26,122 nt of DNA from a bacterium (GCA_037439545.1 JBBIVV010000032.1:1-26122), one strand, 5' to 3'; numbered from the stretch's first letter, positions 8,786 through 19,563 are shown. Numbers and translations are program-made. The notes: generated from the letters alone by a model not told the origin.

Positions 8786-9880
8786 CTATGCCTTCCCTGA
8801 AAATTGTGACGACAATCTTATCATCTCTTGAACTATGACTTCTCCGGCATCGGGCTTTGCCCATCGCGACATTGCGCCGGACATGTCCTTCAGCCTGCTC
8901 TCATCGGACAGGAGTTCATGGAACAGCTTTATAAGCAGTGAAGGTTCCCGTGTAGATGCAGGTAGTACGGCTGCCCCGCCTGCTTTCGAAACCTCCAGGG
9001 CATTCAGCGTCTGGTGGTCCGATGCAGCAAACGGGTATGGTATGAGGATTGACGGTATGCCGTACGCCGCGAGTTCAAACAATGTCGATGCCCCTGCCCT
9101 CGATACGGCAAGGTCGGCTTTTTCAAATACCGGCTGCATATCATCTATGAACTTATAGACGTGTGCAGGGAACCCCGATGTCTTATACGCATCCGCAACA
9201 AATTGATAGTCGTCTGCTCCTGTCTGATGGATGAATGCAATCTTATCTCTCCTGTCTGTGAGCGACTTCAGCGAAGCTATGACCATACTGTTTATCTGGT
9301 GCGCCCCCTGGCTGCCGCCGAGAACGAGTATTGTCTTGATTCCGGACATACCCGGCGTATGGTCTTTCTGCTTCTGCAATTTAAACCTTATGGGCAGTCC
9401 TGTGTTCAGGCTCTTGTCCGCAGGCAGGTATTTTTTCGACGTTTCAAAAGATACAAAGACCTCTTTTACGAATCTTGACAAAAACCTGTTTGCAAGTCCC
9501 GGCACTGAATTCTGCTCATGTATGGCTGCCGGTATACGGTGCAGGACAGCAGCCATAACGACCGGGAATGAGGCATAACCTCCGACGCCGAGCACTGCAT
9601 CGGGCACAAAATCCTTTATGATGCGGTTTGATTCGTTGATTGAATCCGCAAGCAACAACAGTGCGGCGAGTTTCTCGGCAACTGTTTTGTTCCTGAAACC
9701 CTTCACACTGAGGAGCCTGCGATTGCTCTCGGGCAGTGTCCACTTTCTGCTCTCTATGCCGGTATCTGAACCGACATAAAGGTATTCGATACTTTTATCT
9801 CTTATGATAATCTCATTCATAATTGCCTGCGCCGGGAAAAAATGTCCACCGCTACCTCCACCCGCTATTATCAGCCTCAT
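8786..9880 (-). CDS. murG: Undecaprenyl-PP-MurNAc-pentapeptide GlcNAc transferase
   Basis: IAGGGSGGHFFP, GVGGYAS, HEQNSVPGLANR, GGSQGA and RAGAST. Start most likely the ATG at 9880 (MRLIIAGG) or 9892, not 9961. Confidence 0.96.
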   Translation of the reverse strand: MRLIIAGGGSGGHFFPAQAIMNEIIIRDKSIEYLYVGSDTGIESRKWTLPESNRRLLSVKGFRNKTVAEKLAALLLLADSINESNRIIKDFVPDAVLGVGGYASFPVVMAAVLHRIPAAIHEQNSVPGLANRFLSRFVKEVFVSFETSKKYLPADKSLNTGLPIRFKLQKQKDHTPGMSGIKTILVLGGSQGAHQINSMVIASLKSLTDRRDKIAFIHQTGADDYQFVADAYKTSGFPAHVYKFIDDMQPVFEKADLAVSRAGASTLFELAAYGIPSILIPYPFAASDHQTLNALEVSKAGGAAVLPASTREPSLLIKLFHELLSDESRLKDMSGAMSRWAKPDAGEVIVQEMIRLSSQFSGKA

Positions 9881-10970
9881 CGTTTCCCTCATTGACCTTT
9901 CTTGATAAATTAAGTATAATGCCGACCGATATAAGCTCTGCCACAAGAGAACTGCCGCCATAGCTTATAAACGGGATCGTAAGACCTTTCGTCGGCAGCA
10001 AACCGAGCGTCACCGCTATATTTATGATAACCTGCATTGCAATGAGCATTGTCAGTCCGTAAACAGCTGCCTTTGTAAAGGTACTTTCAGCCCTTGCAGC
10101 AACGGAAAAAGCCTTTGTAATAAGAAAGATAAATACACCGATCACCGCAGCAACACCTAAAAACCCGAGCTCTTCCGCAATGACCGAGAAAATGAAATCA
10201 GTGTGTGCCTCCGGCAGATAAAACAGCTTTTCAAAGCTGTTCCCGGGCCCGACACCCGTTATGCCGCCTGCGCCGTAAGCTATCGCAGACTGAACGATCT
10301 GGAATGCACCGGTCTGGGCATGCTGCCACGGATCAAGGAATGCTTTTATGCGGTTGAGTCTGTAGGTCGAATGGACAACGAGCAGGATGCCTGCACCCGC
10401 TCCGGACAGCCCTGCTGCAAGGAGTGAGCTTATCCGTGCACCGGACAGGAAAAGGATCGCGAATACGACACCGGCTATGATTACGGCACTGCCGAAATCA
10501 GGCTCTTTTATCATAAGGAACAGAAGGACACCTGCATACATCAGGGGCATCAAAACAGGCACCGGCGCATTTTTTGCCTGTATCCTTTGATCGATAAGAT
10601 GCGCGGTAAGAAGTATCAGTACGGGCTTTGCAAATTCGGACGGCTGTATCGAAAAATGTCCCAGTCTTATCCATCGGTGGGACCCGCTGACAACGACGCC
10701 TATGTGCGGGACAAAAACGAGCACCATGGTGAAAAGTACGAGACCATAAAAGATCGTTATGTATCTCCTGATAAGATTGATATCTATGACAGCTGCAACA
10801 CCGCCTGCTATCAGACCTATAACGAGATAGAACACCTGCTTCCTGACAAAATAGTACTTTGTTCCATATTCTTTCAATGCATAGATTGAGCTTGCGCTGA
10901 AAACCATCATCACACCGAAAAAGCACAATAAAAGAGTTGCGATAATTATGCCTCTGTCATAATCCTTCAT
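9852..10970 (-). CDS. ftsW: SEDS peptidoglycan glycosyltransferase FtsW
   Basis: Polytopic membrane protein with RWIRLG, IQPSEFAK, EPDFG, LPEAHTDFIFSVIAEELG and PFISYGGSS. Confidence 0.97.
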   Translation of the reverse strand: MKDYDRGIIIATLLLCFFGVMMVFSASSIYALKEYGTKYYFVRKQVFYLVIGLIAGGVAAVIDINLIRRYITIFYGLVLFTMVLVFVPHIGVVVSGSHRWIRLGHFSIQPSEFAKPVLILLTAHLIDQRIQAKNAPVPVLMPLMYAGVLLFLMIKEPDFGSAVIIAGVVFAILFLSGARISSLLAAGLSGAGAGILLVVHSTYRLNRIKAFLDPWQHAQTGAFQIVQSAIAYGAGGITGVGPGNSFEKLFYLPEAHTDFIFSVIAEELGFLGVAAVIGVFIFLITKAFSVAARAESTFTKAAVYGLTMLIAMQVIINIAVTLGLLPTKGLTIPFISYGGSSLVAELISVGIILNLSRKVNEGNDEADNSGWR

Positions 10971-12321
10971 GTGAATTTCCTCTTTTTATCTTCATGACCG
11001 CAGACTGGAACACATTCCCTCTTTCCTTATAATCCGTAAACATGTCAAAACTTGAACATGCAGGCGACAACAGGACGATGTCCCCTTTCACCGCCGCACG
11101 GTAAGCCGATGATACTGCGGATTCCATTGAATCTACGGATACTGTCCTGACCATAGTGCCGAACGCCCCGGTTATCCGTCCCCGGGCTTCTCCCATGACA
11201 AGCAGGAGTTTTACCTTGTCTTTGATAAGCTGCGACAACGGGCTGTAATCCCCTCCTTTATCCCGTCCGCCCATGATAAGAATGACCGGCTGCGGAAAGC
11301 TTCTGAGGGCAACTGCGACTGCATCGACATTCGTAGCTTTTGAATCATCGTAGTATCCGGCGCCGTTTATGTCGGCTACGAACTCTACTCTGTGGGGCAG
11401 CCCTCCGTATTCGTGCATGGTCTTTTGAATGACGTCATCGGGAACATCCAGCAGCTTTGCGATGATAACGCAGGTCATGGCATTCTGAATATTGTGCATA
11501 CCTGCAAGGGAAGGGTTATCCACGCTCAATGCCGATCTATTGCCTGAGCCGTCGACATAAACGATGCGGTTGTCTTTATAGTAAGAACCTCTTCTCGTTT
11601 TCTTGCTGGTCGTAAAACAATAAGGCTTTGATTTTATATCCCTTTTGTTTTTTACGATATACTTGTCCTCAGCATTGATTACTGCATAATCATCCGCAGA
11701 CTGATTCATGAATATCCTGAACTTCGCCTTTGCATACTCGTGAATGTCCGGGTAGCGGTCGAGATGATCGTCCGTAATATTCAGTAATCCCGCTATCCAT
11801 GGACGGAAATGGACGATCCCCTCGAGCTGATAGCTTGAAAGCTCGAGCAGGTATAAATCGTACCCGTTATCATTGTCCAGAAGTTCTATGAACGGCGTGC
11901 CGAGATTTCCTCCGACACCGACCTTTATCCCTGCATTCTCGAGCATCTGTCCCAGCAGCGTTACCGTCGTACTTTTACCGTTTGTCCCGGTAATGCCTAT
12001 GACCTTCTTTTGGGTAAACCGGTACGCAAGCTCTATTTCGCTGATGACCTCCGTACCTTTCTTTTTCGCTGATTCTACGCCTTTGAGAGACATGGGCACG
12101 CCCGGGCTCATTACCATGAGATCAAAATCTCCCGAGGTTTCGCCATCCCAGCTGCCGATAACCATAGTTCCTTGCGGAAGCTGATCAAGCCCTTTTATGG
12201 CAGAGACGTGTTTTTGATCGAAACAGGTTACGACGGCGCCCTTCTTCATGAGGAAAAGTGCAGTTGCGATACCTGTTTTCCCCATGCCTATGACTGCCGT
12301 ATGTTTTCCCTTCAATTCCAT
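10957..12321 (-). CDS. murD: UDP-MurNAc-L-Ala--D-glutamate ligase
   Basis: GMGKTG, SPGVP, GITGTNGKSTT, ELSSYQL, DHLDRY, DDSKATN and LLSPACSSFD. Confidence 0.98.
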   Translation of the reverse strand: MELKGKHTAVIGMGKTGIATALFLMKKGAVVTCFDQKHVSAIKGLDQLPQGTMVIGSWDGETSGDFDLMVMSPGVPMSLKGVESAKKKGTEVISEIELAYRFTQKKVIGITGTNGKSTTVTLLGQMLENAGIKVGVGGNLGTPFIELLDNDNGYDLYLLELSSYQLEGIVHFRPWIAGLLNITDDHLDRYPDIHEYAKAKFRIFMNQSADDYAVINAEDKYIVKNKRDIKSKPYCFTTSKKTRRGSYYKDNRIVYVDGSGNRSALSVDNPSLAGMHNIQNAMTCVIIAKLLDVPDDVIQKTMHEYGGLPHRVEFVADINGAGYYDDSKATNVDAVAVALRSFPQPVILIMGGRDKGGDYSPLSQLIKDKVKLLLVMGEARGRITGAFGTMVRTVSVDSMESAVSSAYRAAVKGDIVLLSPACSSFDMFTDYKERGNVFQSAVMKIKRGNSHEGL

Positions 12322-12324
12322 GCA

Positions 12325-13401
12325 TTACCTCAATTTAAGTGTTGCCAGGCCGAGAAGTGCGAGAAGTATGGAAATGATCCAGAAGCGCACTGTTACTTTC
12401 GGCTCATCCCAGCCCCTTAACTCGAAATGATGGTGTATCGGAGCCATGGCGAACAATCTTCTGCCTGAAAGCTTGAACGAGCCGACCTGTGTTATGACTG
12501 AAAGCGCCTCGACGACAAATACGCCTCCGACGATCCCGAGCAATATCTCCTGTTTCAGAATTATTGCCACGACACCAAGGACCCCTCCGAGGCCCAGTGA
12601 ACCGACATCGCCCATAAACAGTTCCGCGGGATAGGTGTTGAACCACAAAAACCCCAGTGAAGCCCCGAGGACAGCACCGGTGAAAACGGCTATCTCTCCC
12701 GTGCCGGGCATGGGGCTGAACATAAGATACTCGGAAAACTTTATATTACCGAGTACGTATGCAAATACGGCATACACGCTGAATGATGTCATGATCGGAA
12801 CGATGGCAAGCCCGTCCTGGCCGTCCGTGAGATTGACTGCATTCGATGTACCTATGACGATGAACAGTATGAAAAGGAAATATGCCCATCCGAGGTTGAG
12901 CACGGCTTTTTTAAAGAAAGGAAAGGTGAGCGTAAAATTAAGGTCATCATACCGTAAAAGCAAATAAATGAGGACAATGGTCAATACGGTTTCCAGAACG
13001 AATTTGTAGCTGCCTTTCAGCCCGCGTGCATTGTTGCTCTTGAGCTTCATGAAATCATCGGCAAAGCCTATGGCGCCGAACCCGAGCAATGAAAATATCA
13101 AAATCCATACATAGATGTTCGCAATGTCCATCCAGAGTATGGTCGAAACGGCGACGGCTGCGATAATCAGCACACCTCCCATTGTCGGAGTGCCTTTTTT
13201 CCCTTTATGCATTCTCGGGCCTTCTTCCCTGATTACCTGTCCCCTCCCTGTCCTTGACATGTATTTTATAAATGTGTTCCCGAATATCATGCTTATGACA
13301 AGTGATGTGATCATGGCACTGAGTGTCCTGAAGGTTATATATTTCAAAACATGGAATATTATGAACTGTTTCGCCAATGGGTATAAAAGATATTCAAGCA
13401 T
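12325..13401 (-). CDS. mraY: Phospho-N-acetylmuramoyl-pentapeptide transferase
   Basis: KKGTPTMGG, GFADD, NAVNLTDGQDGL, FMGDVGS and MAPIHHHFE. Confidence 0.98.
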   Translation of the reverse strand: MLEYLLYPLAKQFIIFHVLKYITFRTLSAMITSLVISMIFGNTFIKYMSRTGRGQVIREEGPRMHKGKKGTPTMGGVLIIAAVAVSTILWMDIANIYVWILIFSLLGFGAIGFADDFMKLKSNNARGLKGSYKFVLETVLTIVLIYLLLRYDDLNFTLTFPFFKKAVLNLGWAYFLFILFIVIGTSNAVNLTDGQDGLAIVPIMTSFSVYAVFAYVLGNIKFSEYLMFSPMPGTGEIAVFTGAVLGASLGFLWFNTYPAELFMGDVGSLGLGGVLGVVAIILKQEILLGIVGGVFVVEALSVITQVGSFKLSGRRLFAMAPIHHHFELRGWDEPKVTVRFWIISILLALLGLATLKLR

Positions 13402-14806
13402 TGCTTCCTCTCATGATCCTGTCATAAGAAACTATTACACGCTCCAATCCCATGCTTCTCGAGCCTTTTATATAAATTGCGTTCTGTGATCCGGAAATCG
13501 AAAGAAGTTCTTTGACGATATCCTCTATGCTGTTTGCCTGTTTCGCATATACACCGGGGGCGCCGGCTGATTGAATGCCTTCGAGCGTGTGCCGGGAGAA
13601 CTTACCCGTCAGTATGAATGTGCGTATGCCGTGGTCTGCGAGCAGCCTGCCGAGCACGTAATGCTGTCCGGCGGAATGATCTCCGAGTTCGAGCATATCG
13701 CCGATAACGGCTATGATGTGTTCCGCACCATACCTCTCTATTGCGGACAAAAATCCTTCGCGCATCGAATCAGGGTTTGCGTTGTAGGTATCGTCGATAA
13801 CGGTCATGCCGTTCTCATACGACCACACGGTGCCTCTGCCTTTCAATCCATAATACCGGGCGCATGCGGCTTTTATAGTATCCCATGGTGTTTCTAAAAA
13901 CCTTGCACATAAGATGGCAAGAGCCATATCATGGATATAATGCCTGCCTGTAACAGGCATGATAAAGCTGTGTTTTTCCCCCTCATATGCGACGTCGAAT
14001 TCAGAACCTGAATTATTCGTTCCCGATCGGTAGGACAGCACCCTGAGGGATGCTTTTTCTGAAAAACCTGCGCTGAAAACCCTGCCTTTGCATATACCGG
14101 CAATACTCATTGCAAGGGGGTCATCGGCGTTTAACAGGGCAACACCCTTCCCGGACATTGCAGAAAACATTTCAGATTTCGCTTTTGCAACGCCCTCGAG
14201 ACTGTGAAAGAATTCAAGATGTGCCATGCCGATATTCGTCAGTATCCCGATATCAGGATCAGCAATCCGCGTCAGGGCGTCCAATTCCCCATACCTGCTT
14301 GTGCCGAGCTCGAGCACCCATACGTCCGTGTGTGGATTCATGTTCAGTATGGACAGGGGCAGGCCTATAAGATTATTGAGGTTCCCCTCTGTTTTCCCTG
14401 TATTGTGCGTATTCGATAAGATTGATGCAAGCATCTCTTTTGTGGTCGTTTTCCCGCTGCTGCCCGTTATTGTTATCACCAGAGGGCTGTGTTTTATTCT
14501 TATGGCATGGGCAAGTGCACCGAGGCCCTGCACCGTATCATTCACGGCAAATAGAGCGGTCTTATCTTTCGACGGTAAAACACTGCCTGCCTTGTTCCTG
14601 TTGACCATCACACCGGCAGCTCCCCGGGATAAAGCCGCCTGTATAAAATCATGCCCGTCGAACCGTTCGCCTTCCAGCGCACAGAACAGCATATTATCCA
14701 TGGGCTTCCGCGTATCTGTCGATACACCTTCAGCAACCCACTTTTCAGGGCTGCTCAGAATATCTATGGTATCTATTTTTTTCATATCATCTACGGTTAT
14801 CTTCAA
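13394..14806 (-). CDS. murF: UDP-MurNAc-tripeptide--D-Ala-D-Ala ligase
   Basis: STDTR, GERFDGHDF, ITGSSGKTTTKEM, NNLIGLP, DDTYNANPDSM, GDMLELG and KGSRSM. The TTG start overlaps the murE stop (TTGA). Confidence 0.97.
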   Translation of the reverse strand: MKITVDDMKKIDTIDILSSPEKWVAEGVSTDTRKPMDNMLFCALEGERFDGHDFIQAALSRGAAGVMVNRNKAGSVLPSKDKTALFAVNDTVQGLGALAHAIRIKHSPLVITITGSSGKTTTKEMLASILSNTHNTGKTEGNLNNLIGLPLSILNMNPHTDVWVLELGTSRYGELDALTRIADPDIGILTNIGMAHLEFFHSLEGVAKAKSEMFSAMSGKGVALLNADDPLAMSIAGICKGRVFSAGFSEKASLRVLSYRSGTNNSGSEFDVAYEGEKHSFIMPVTGRHYIHDMALAILCARFLETPWDTIKAACARYYGLKGRGTVWSYENGMTVIDDTYNANPDSMREGFLSAIERYGAEHIIAVIGDMLELGDHSAGQHYVLGRLLADHGIRTFILTGKFSRHTLEGIQSAGAPGVYAKQANSIEDIVKELLSISGSQNAIYIKGSRSMGLERVIVSYDRIMRGSNA

Positions 14807-16314
14807 AGCAATAATCCGAAATAATTTATTATCTCTTCCCTGTCGCTGAAATGTATGGTCCTGTCGTTGAATATCTGATAATCTTCATGTCCCTTGCCTG
14901 CCACGAGGACGACATCGCCTTTGTCGGCTATATCGAGGGCTGTTTTTATAGCTTGTTTTCTGTCCTCTAAGATTGTGTAGACCTTTGCATCAGGATGATC
15001 ATTCCGGGAGATCGATTCCCGCATGTTTATATTTTTGATCCCTTTTTCTATGTCGGATATGATTGACCTGGGGTTTTCTGAACGCGGGTTGTCCGAGGTA
15101 ATAATCGTGATGTCCGACAGCCTTGTTGCGATGTCTCCCATAAGGGGCCTCTTGCCTTTATCCCTGTCACCTCCGCACCCAAACACGCAGACAATGCGTT
15201 TTCTCTTCAATTCCTTCAACGCTATCAATACTTTTTCGAGTGCATCCGGTGTATGAGCATAATCGACAAACGCATAAATGCCCTTCGGATTATCGATCCT
15301 TTCGACCCTTCCCGGCACGCTGTACAATGATTCGACACCCTGCCTTATGTGCTCGACGGCTATATTGGAAACGATGGCAGTGGCAACCGCTGCCATTATA
15401 TTGTAACTATTGTAATACCCTACGAGAGGTGATGCGAGTTCTATCATGCCTATCGGGGTCGAAAGCTTCATGGTTATCCCTTCCAGCGATGCTGAAGAGC
15501 TTATTAACTTTATATCGGATTGTTTTGAGTTCCCGAACCTGAGAATATGTATGCCCCTTTTTATCTTCAGCCGGCTTACCCACGGGTCATCGCTGTTCAG
15601 TATGGCAAACTTTTTACTCTTATGGCTTGCCACGAGGAGCTTATCGAACAGCATTGCCTTGGCAGCGTAGTAGTCCTCCATGGTCTTGTGATAATCAAGA
15701 TGGTCCTGCGTCAGGTTGGTGAAGATCCCGGCGTCGAAATTGATACCGTTCACCCTGCCCTGGGTTATTGCGTGCGATGATACCTCCATGATGACATCGG
15801 TTGCCCCCTGTGACAGAAACTCACTCATCATCATATTGAGGTCCAGGGATTCCGGTGTTGTGTTGATTGCCTTGATCCTTCTGTCCATAAACCGGTAATT
15901 GACCGTGCCTATTATTACGGGCTGTCTCGACGCTGATTTGAAGATCGATTCAATGAGATAGGTCGTGGTAGTTTTTCCGTTCGTCCCCGTGATACCTATG
16001 ACTGAAAGTTTTGCAGACGGGTTGCCGAAAAACTCTTTCGATAAGACCGACAAAGCATGTCTCGGGTTATCAACGATGATCTGTGCCGCACCGGTCTGCG
16101 TCGGATTGAATGTTTTTGCAACGATTGCAATGGCACCGTTTTGAATTGCCTGACTTTCGTATTTCGTACCGTCATCTTTTTCTCCCGGTATGGCGACGAA
16201 GATATAATCTTTCTGGACTTTCCGCGAGTCATAGGATATGCCCTTCACCTCTCCGTGCGGTTCTCCGTAAAGCGATAAATAATTTATACTCTTTAATAGT
16301 TTTTTAATATCCAT
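14803..16314 (-). CDS. murE: UDP-MurNAc-dipeptide--meso-diaminopimelate ligase
   Basis: YDSRKV, GITGTNGKTTT, MEVSSH, DYAHTPDAL, GCGGDRD and AGKGHE. The DNPR motif indicates meso-DAP specificity. Confidence 0.98.
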   Translation of the reverse strand: MDIKKLLKSINYLSLYGEPHGEVKGISYDSRKVQKDYIFVAIPGEKDDGTKYESQAIQNGAIAIVAKTFNPTQTGAAQIIVDNPRHALSVLSKEFFGNPSAKLSVIGITGTNGKTTTTYLIESIFKSASRQPVIIGTVNYRFMDRRIKAINTTPESLDLNMMMSEFLSQGATDVIMEVSSHAITQGRVNGINFDAGIFTNLTQDHLDYHKTMEDYYAAKAMLFDKLLVASHKSKKFAILNSDDPWVSRLKIKRGIHILRFGNSKQSDIKLISSSASLEGITMKLSTPIGMIELASPLVGYYNSYNIMAAVATAIVSNIAVEHIRQGVESLYSVPGRVERIDNPKGIYAFVDYAHTPDALEKVLIALKELKRKRIVCVFGCGGDRDKGKRPLMGDIATRLSDITIITSDNPRSENPRSIISDIEKGIKNINMRESISRNDHPDAKVYTILEDRKQAIKTALDIADKGDVVLVAGKGHEDYQIFNDRTIHFSDREEIINYFGLLL

Positions 16315-16316
16315 CG

Positions 16317-18320
16317 CTATCCTTTTCTCGTCTTTCCCGTATGTTTGTTCTGCTTTACCTTGTTCGGTACGCTGTCTGAAAACACGACCACAACCTGTCC
16401 GTGCGAATACTTTGCATAAGGCTTCGGAAACTGCCCAACCGCATATCCGGACCCCTTGATTACCAGATCGCTGATGCCGGCAATCTTTGCCTCCCGCAAA
16501 ACAGTCCGCATGGTCTTGCCGGTAAAATCCGGGACAATGCCTGTCTGGGTTATGTCCCCGGCCTGTATCTGATCGATATCCGCTGCGGACGGTTCCATGG
16601 CAGGCATTGCCATTATATTTAATTTTGAAGGCACCCCGAGATAAGGAAGCACCTTTTCCGCCACATTCTTGAATATGGGTGCAGCACTCTCTCCGCCATA
16701 GGGGTTTGTCTTCGGATCAACGATCATGATCAGCATGACAATGCTCGGTTTGTTGGCGGGCACAAAACCGAGAAATGAGGATACGAATCTATTCTTGTAA
16801 TAGCTTCCTGTCTTTGGATCGGGTATCTGGGCTGTCCCTGTTTTTCCTGCAACCGTGTATCCGTCCATGCGGGCATTCGTGCCCGTTCCACCGTCATTGA
16901 CGACGTTTATTAACATGCGGGTCATGAGCCCTGCCGTATCCCCGGATATGACCCTTCTCCTGATTACCGCAGGAAAACTAATAACGTTACCGTCCGGTTT
17001 TCTGATCTCTTTTATCATCTGCGGTATAACGAGCAGCCCGCCGTTCGCTATTGCCGCCATTGCGGTAATAAGCTGAATTGGCGTGGCAGACACACCCTGT
17101 CCAAAGGGGATTGTATCGATGGATACGCCCGACCATTTGTTGACGGGGTTGAGAATGCCGGGTGATTCTCCCGGCAGGGTGATGCCTGTAGTGCTGCCGA
17201 ACCCGAATTTTCTGAGATAGGTATACAGGGTTTCAGACCCGGTCTTCTCACCTATCTTTGCCGCCCCTACATTGCTGCTGTACTTCAGTATGTCTCCAAC
17301 ACTGAGCATGTTATACGCACCCTCAGCATCGTTTATAACGATATTGTAGATCTTGTAATGCCCGTGCTCGCAGAAGAACTTCTGGTCCGGTGAGATTGCT
17401 CCTGAATCGAGTGCCGCAGATATGACAAACGGTTTGAATATGGAGCCCGGTTCATAAGTGTTTTCAACGGCAATGTTTTTAAATGCCGACAACGGATATT
17501 CCCGGAATACATTCGGGTTAAAATCAGGCACACCGGCCATGGCAAGTATCCTGCCTGTCTGCGGATTCATGATGATACCGATGCCCTTGACTGCACCCTG
17601 CTCCGCCACGGCCTTTTTCAACGCCTGCTGAAGTATAAACTGTATATTCAGGTCGAGCGTGGTAACGACATTATCACCGCTCATGGACCGGTCATTGAAT
17701 GAGGCGCCGGTGTATACCGGGCTGTTACGCCCGTCTACATCAACCACGGCAGAAAAGGGATTGCCCCGCAGATCATTGTCAAGGGATAATTCAAGGCCTG
17801 AAAGTCCCTTTGAATCAACACCCACGAAGCCGAGAACATTACTTGCAATATTTATGTCCGGATAGAACCTTTTGTATTCTTTAAGCGAGTAAACACCCTT
17901 TACATGATACCTTGAGAGCTTTTTTGCAACATCGGGATCAACCAGTCTCTTTATCCATACGAATTGCCTGTCGGCTGATATTTTCTTCAAGGTGTCCTCG
18001 GCATTCAGTCCAAGCACCCTCGATGTGATCACTGCGGTTCTGCTCTTGTTTTCTATCTGCGAGGGATCTGCATAAAATGAATCCACGAGTACACTCTGGG
18101 CGAGTATCCTCCCGTCTCTATCCATAATAACACCCCGTGCAGGGATAAGGGTGACCTCCCTCGAGTACTGCCTTCTTGCAAGATCTGCGTACCGCCTCCC
18201 CCGTATAACGTCAAGGTAAAATGCCTTCGATATGACAACCGCAAATCCCGAAATGATGCATAGATATACTATGAATAACCTGACAAGCTGATGTTCATTT
18301 ATTCTCTTTACAGCGTCCAT
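16317..18320 (-). CDS. ftsI: Division-specific class B penicillin-binding protein (PBP3) with one C-terminal PASTA-like domain
   Basis: N-terminal TM, RGVIMDRDG, RFYP and GLE. Transpeptidase motifs SIFK (SxxK), SSN (SxN) and KTG. Tail VPDFTGKTMR...GSGYAVGQFP. Confidence 0.96.
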   Translation of the reverse strand: MDAVKRINEHQLVRLFIVYLCIISGFAVVISKAFYLDVIRGRRYADLARRQYSREVTLIPARGVIMDRDGRILAQSVLVDSFYADPSQIENKSRTAVITSRVLGLNAEDTLKKISADRQFVWIKRLVDPDVAKKLSRYHVKGVYSLKEYKRFYPDINIASNVLGFVGVDSKGLSGLELSLDNDLRGNPFSAVVDVDGRNSPVYTGASFNDRSMSGDNVVTTLDLNIQFILQQALKKAVAEQGAVKGIGIIMNPQTGRILAMAGVPDFNPNVFREYPLSAFKNIAVENTYEPGSIFKPFVISAALDSGAISPDQKFFCEHGHYKIYNIVINDAEGAYNMLSVGDILKYSSNVGAAKIGEKTGSETLYTYLRKFGFGSTTGITLPGESPGILNPVNKWSGVSIDTIPFGQGVSATPIQLITAMAAIANGGLLVIPQMIKEIRKPDGNVISFPAVIRRRVISGDTAGLMTRMLINVVNDGGTGTNARMDGYTVAGKTGTAQIPDPKTGSYYKNRFVSSFLGFVPANKPSIVMLIMIVDPKTNPYGGESAAPIFKNVAEKVLPYLGVPSKLNIMAMPAMEPSAADIDQIQAGDITQTGIVPDFTGKTMRTVLREAKIAGISDLVIKGSGYAVGQFPKPYAKYSHGQVVVVFSDSVPNKVKQNKHTGKTRKG

Positions 18321-18321
18321 C

Positions 18322-18672
18322 CTACCTGTCTATTAAAATTATCTGTTTTGTGTCAGGGTATCTGAGATCCAATCGTGCCCTCGCAATATTCTCGATCCTG
18401 TTCCTGCTCTTCAGTGTTGCGATCTCGAGATTATACTGATCTATCTGCTGGGTAAGTTTCTGTGTTTCAGAGGCAATTGCAGACATATTATAGTTCTCTG
18501 CTATAAAGCCTATCCTGCTCCATATTAAGAGGAGCGTGAAGAGCAGGATGACTGCAACCGTAATAAGCAGTTTATAGGGCTGTATACTGATCGTACGGAC
18601 CGACTGATAATCAAGCCCTCTGCTATTCGGCCTGCTGTTTACATAATCGCCTGCATACGCTTTAATATTCAT
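18322..18672 (-). CDS. ftsL: Cell division protein FtsL
   Basis: 116 aa with a single TM followed by a coiled coil ending LKSRNRIENIARARLDL. Canonical position between rsmH and ftsI. Confidence 0.88.
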   Translation of the reverse strand: MNIKAYAGDYVNSRPNSRGLDYQSVRTISIQPYKLLITVAVILLFTLLLIWSRIGFIAENYNMSAIASETQKLTQQIDQYNLEIATLKSRNRIENIARARLDLRYPDTKQIILIDR

Positions 18673-18681
18673 GAAACCTCC

Positions 18682-19563
18682 TCAGCTTATCCTTTGTATA
18701 GCTCTCAATTTTGCACTCCTTGCCCTGCGGTTCATTCTCAATTCATCTGCAGCCGGCGTTACCGGTTTGCGCGTCAGTGTATGGAATGAAGGCACGGGTA
18801 ACGCTGAAAGTTGTTTGAATGCATTCTTTACTATCCTGTCCTCAAGCGAGTGGAACGATATGATGATCAGAACGCCGCCGATATTGATAAAGTCTTTAAC
18901 TGCTCCCAAAAATTCCTTGAGATTTTCTATCTCGTTGTTTACAAATATTCTTATTGCCTGAAAGGTCCTTGTTGCAGGATGTATGCGGGAATACCCCTTG
19001 ACCGCATGAGCAATTACCTGTGCAAGTGCGGCAGTGCCTTCTATGCGGGACTCTGAACGGGCTTTGATTATAGCTTTTACGATGCTCTTATACCGTCTTT
19101 CCTCGCCGTAATCTTTGATGATATCCTCGAGTTTGCCGGATTTAAATGTATTGACGACATCGTAAGCAGTTACTCCTCGTGATGTGTCATACCGCATATC
19201 GAGCGGCCCGTCATTGTTAAAACTAAAGCCGCGTTGAGAATCGGTTATTTGAGAGGTATTGAAACCGAGATCGGCTATGATACCGTCAAACGCTTTTATA
19301 CCTGCCTGCTGCGCTATTTCTTTTATGTCTTTATAATTTGCTTTGATCAGTTTTATCCTGTTCCCGAAATTTTTCAGATTGGATTCTACCGTCCTCAGTG
19401 CCTGTTCGTCGGCATCGGCACACACGACATAACCTGCGGGTGATGATGCTTCGAGTATCGCCCGGGTATGCCCGCCTTCTCCTGCCGTGGCATCGAGATA
19501 GACAGCCCCGTCTTCCGGGTGCATATATTCAACGACCTTGTTCAGCATTACCGGTACATGCAT
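18682..19563 (-). CDS. rsmH: 16S rRNA m4C1402 methyltransferase
   Basis: HVPVML, DATAGEGGH, RGFSF, PLDMR, HPATRTFQAIRI, ISFHSLEDR and RARSAKLR. Confidence 0.98.
   Translation of the reverse strand: MHVPVMLNKVVEYMHPEDGAVYLDATAGEGGHTRAILEASSPAGYVVCADADEQALRTVESNLKNFGNRIKLIKANYKDIKEIAQQAGIKAFDGIIADLGFNTSQITDSQRGFSFNNDGPLDMRYDTSRGVTAYDVVNTFKSGKLEDIIKDYGEERRYKSIVKAIIKARSESRIEGTAALAQVIAHAVKGYSRIHPATRTFQAIRIFVNNEIENLKEFLGAVKDFINIGGVLIIISFHSLEDRIVKNAFKQLSALPVPSFHTLTRKPVTPAADELRMNRRARSAKLRAIQRIS

Noticed and set aside
8784..8864. N-terminal extension of murC in the ORF track
   Set aside because: It overlaps murG. Family homology starts at MHKRIRHIHF, and the ATG at 8783 has an RBS and follows the murG stop.
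9893..9961. N-terminal extension of murG in the ORF track
   Set aside because: It lies inside the conserved end of ftsW; MurG homology begins at MRLIIAGGG.
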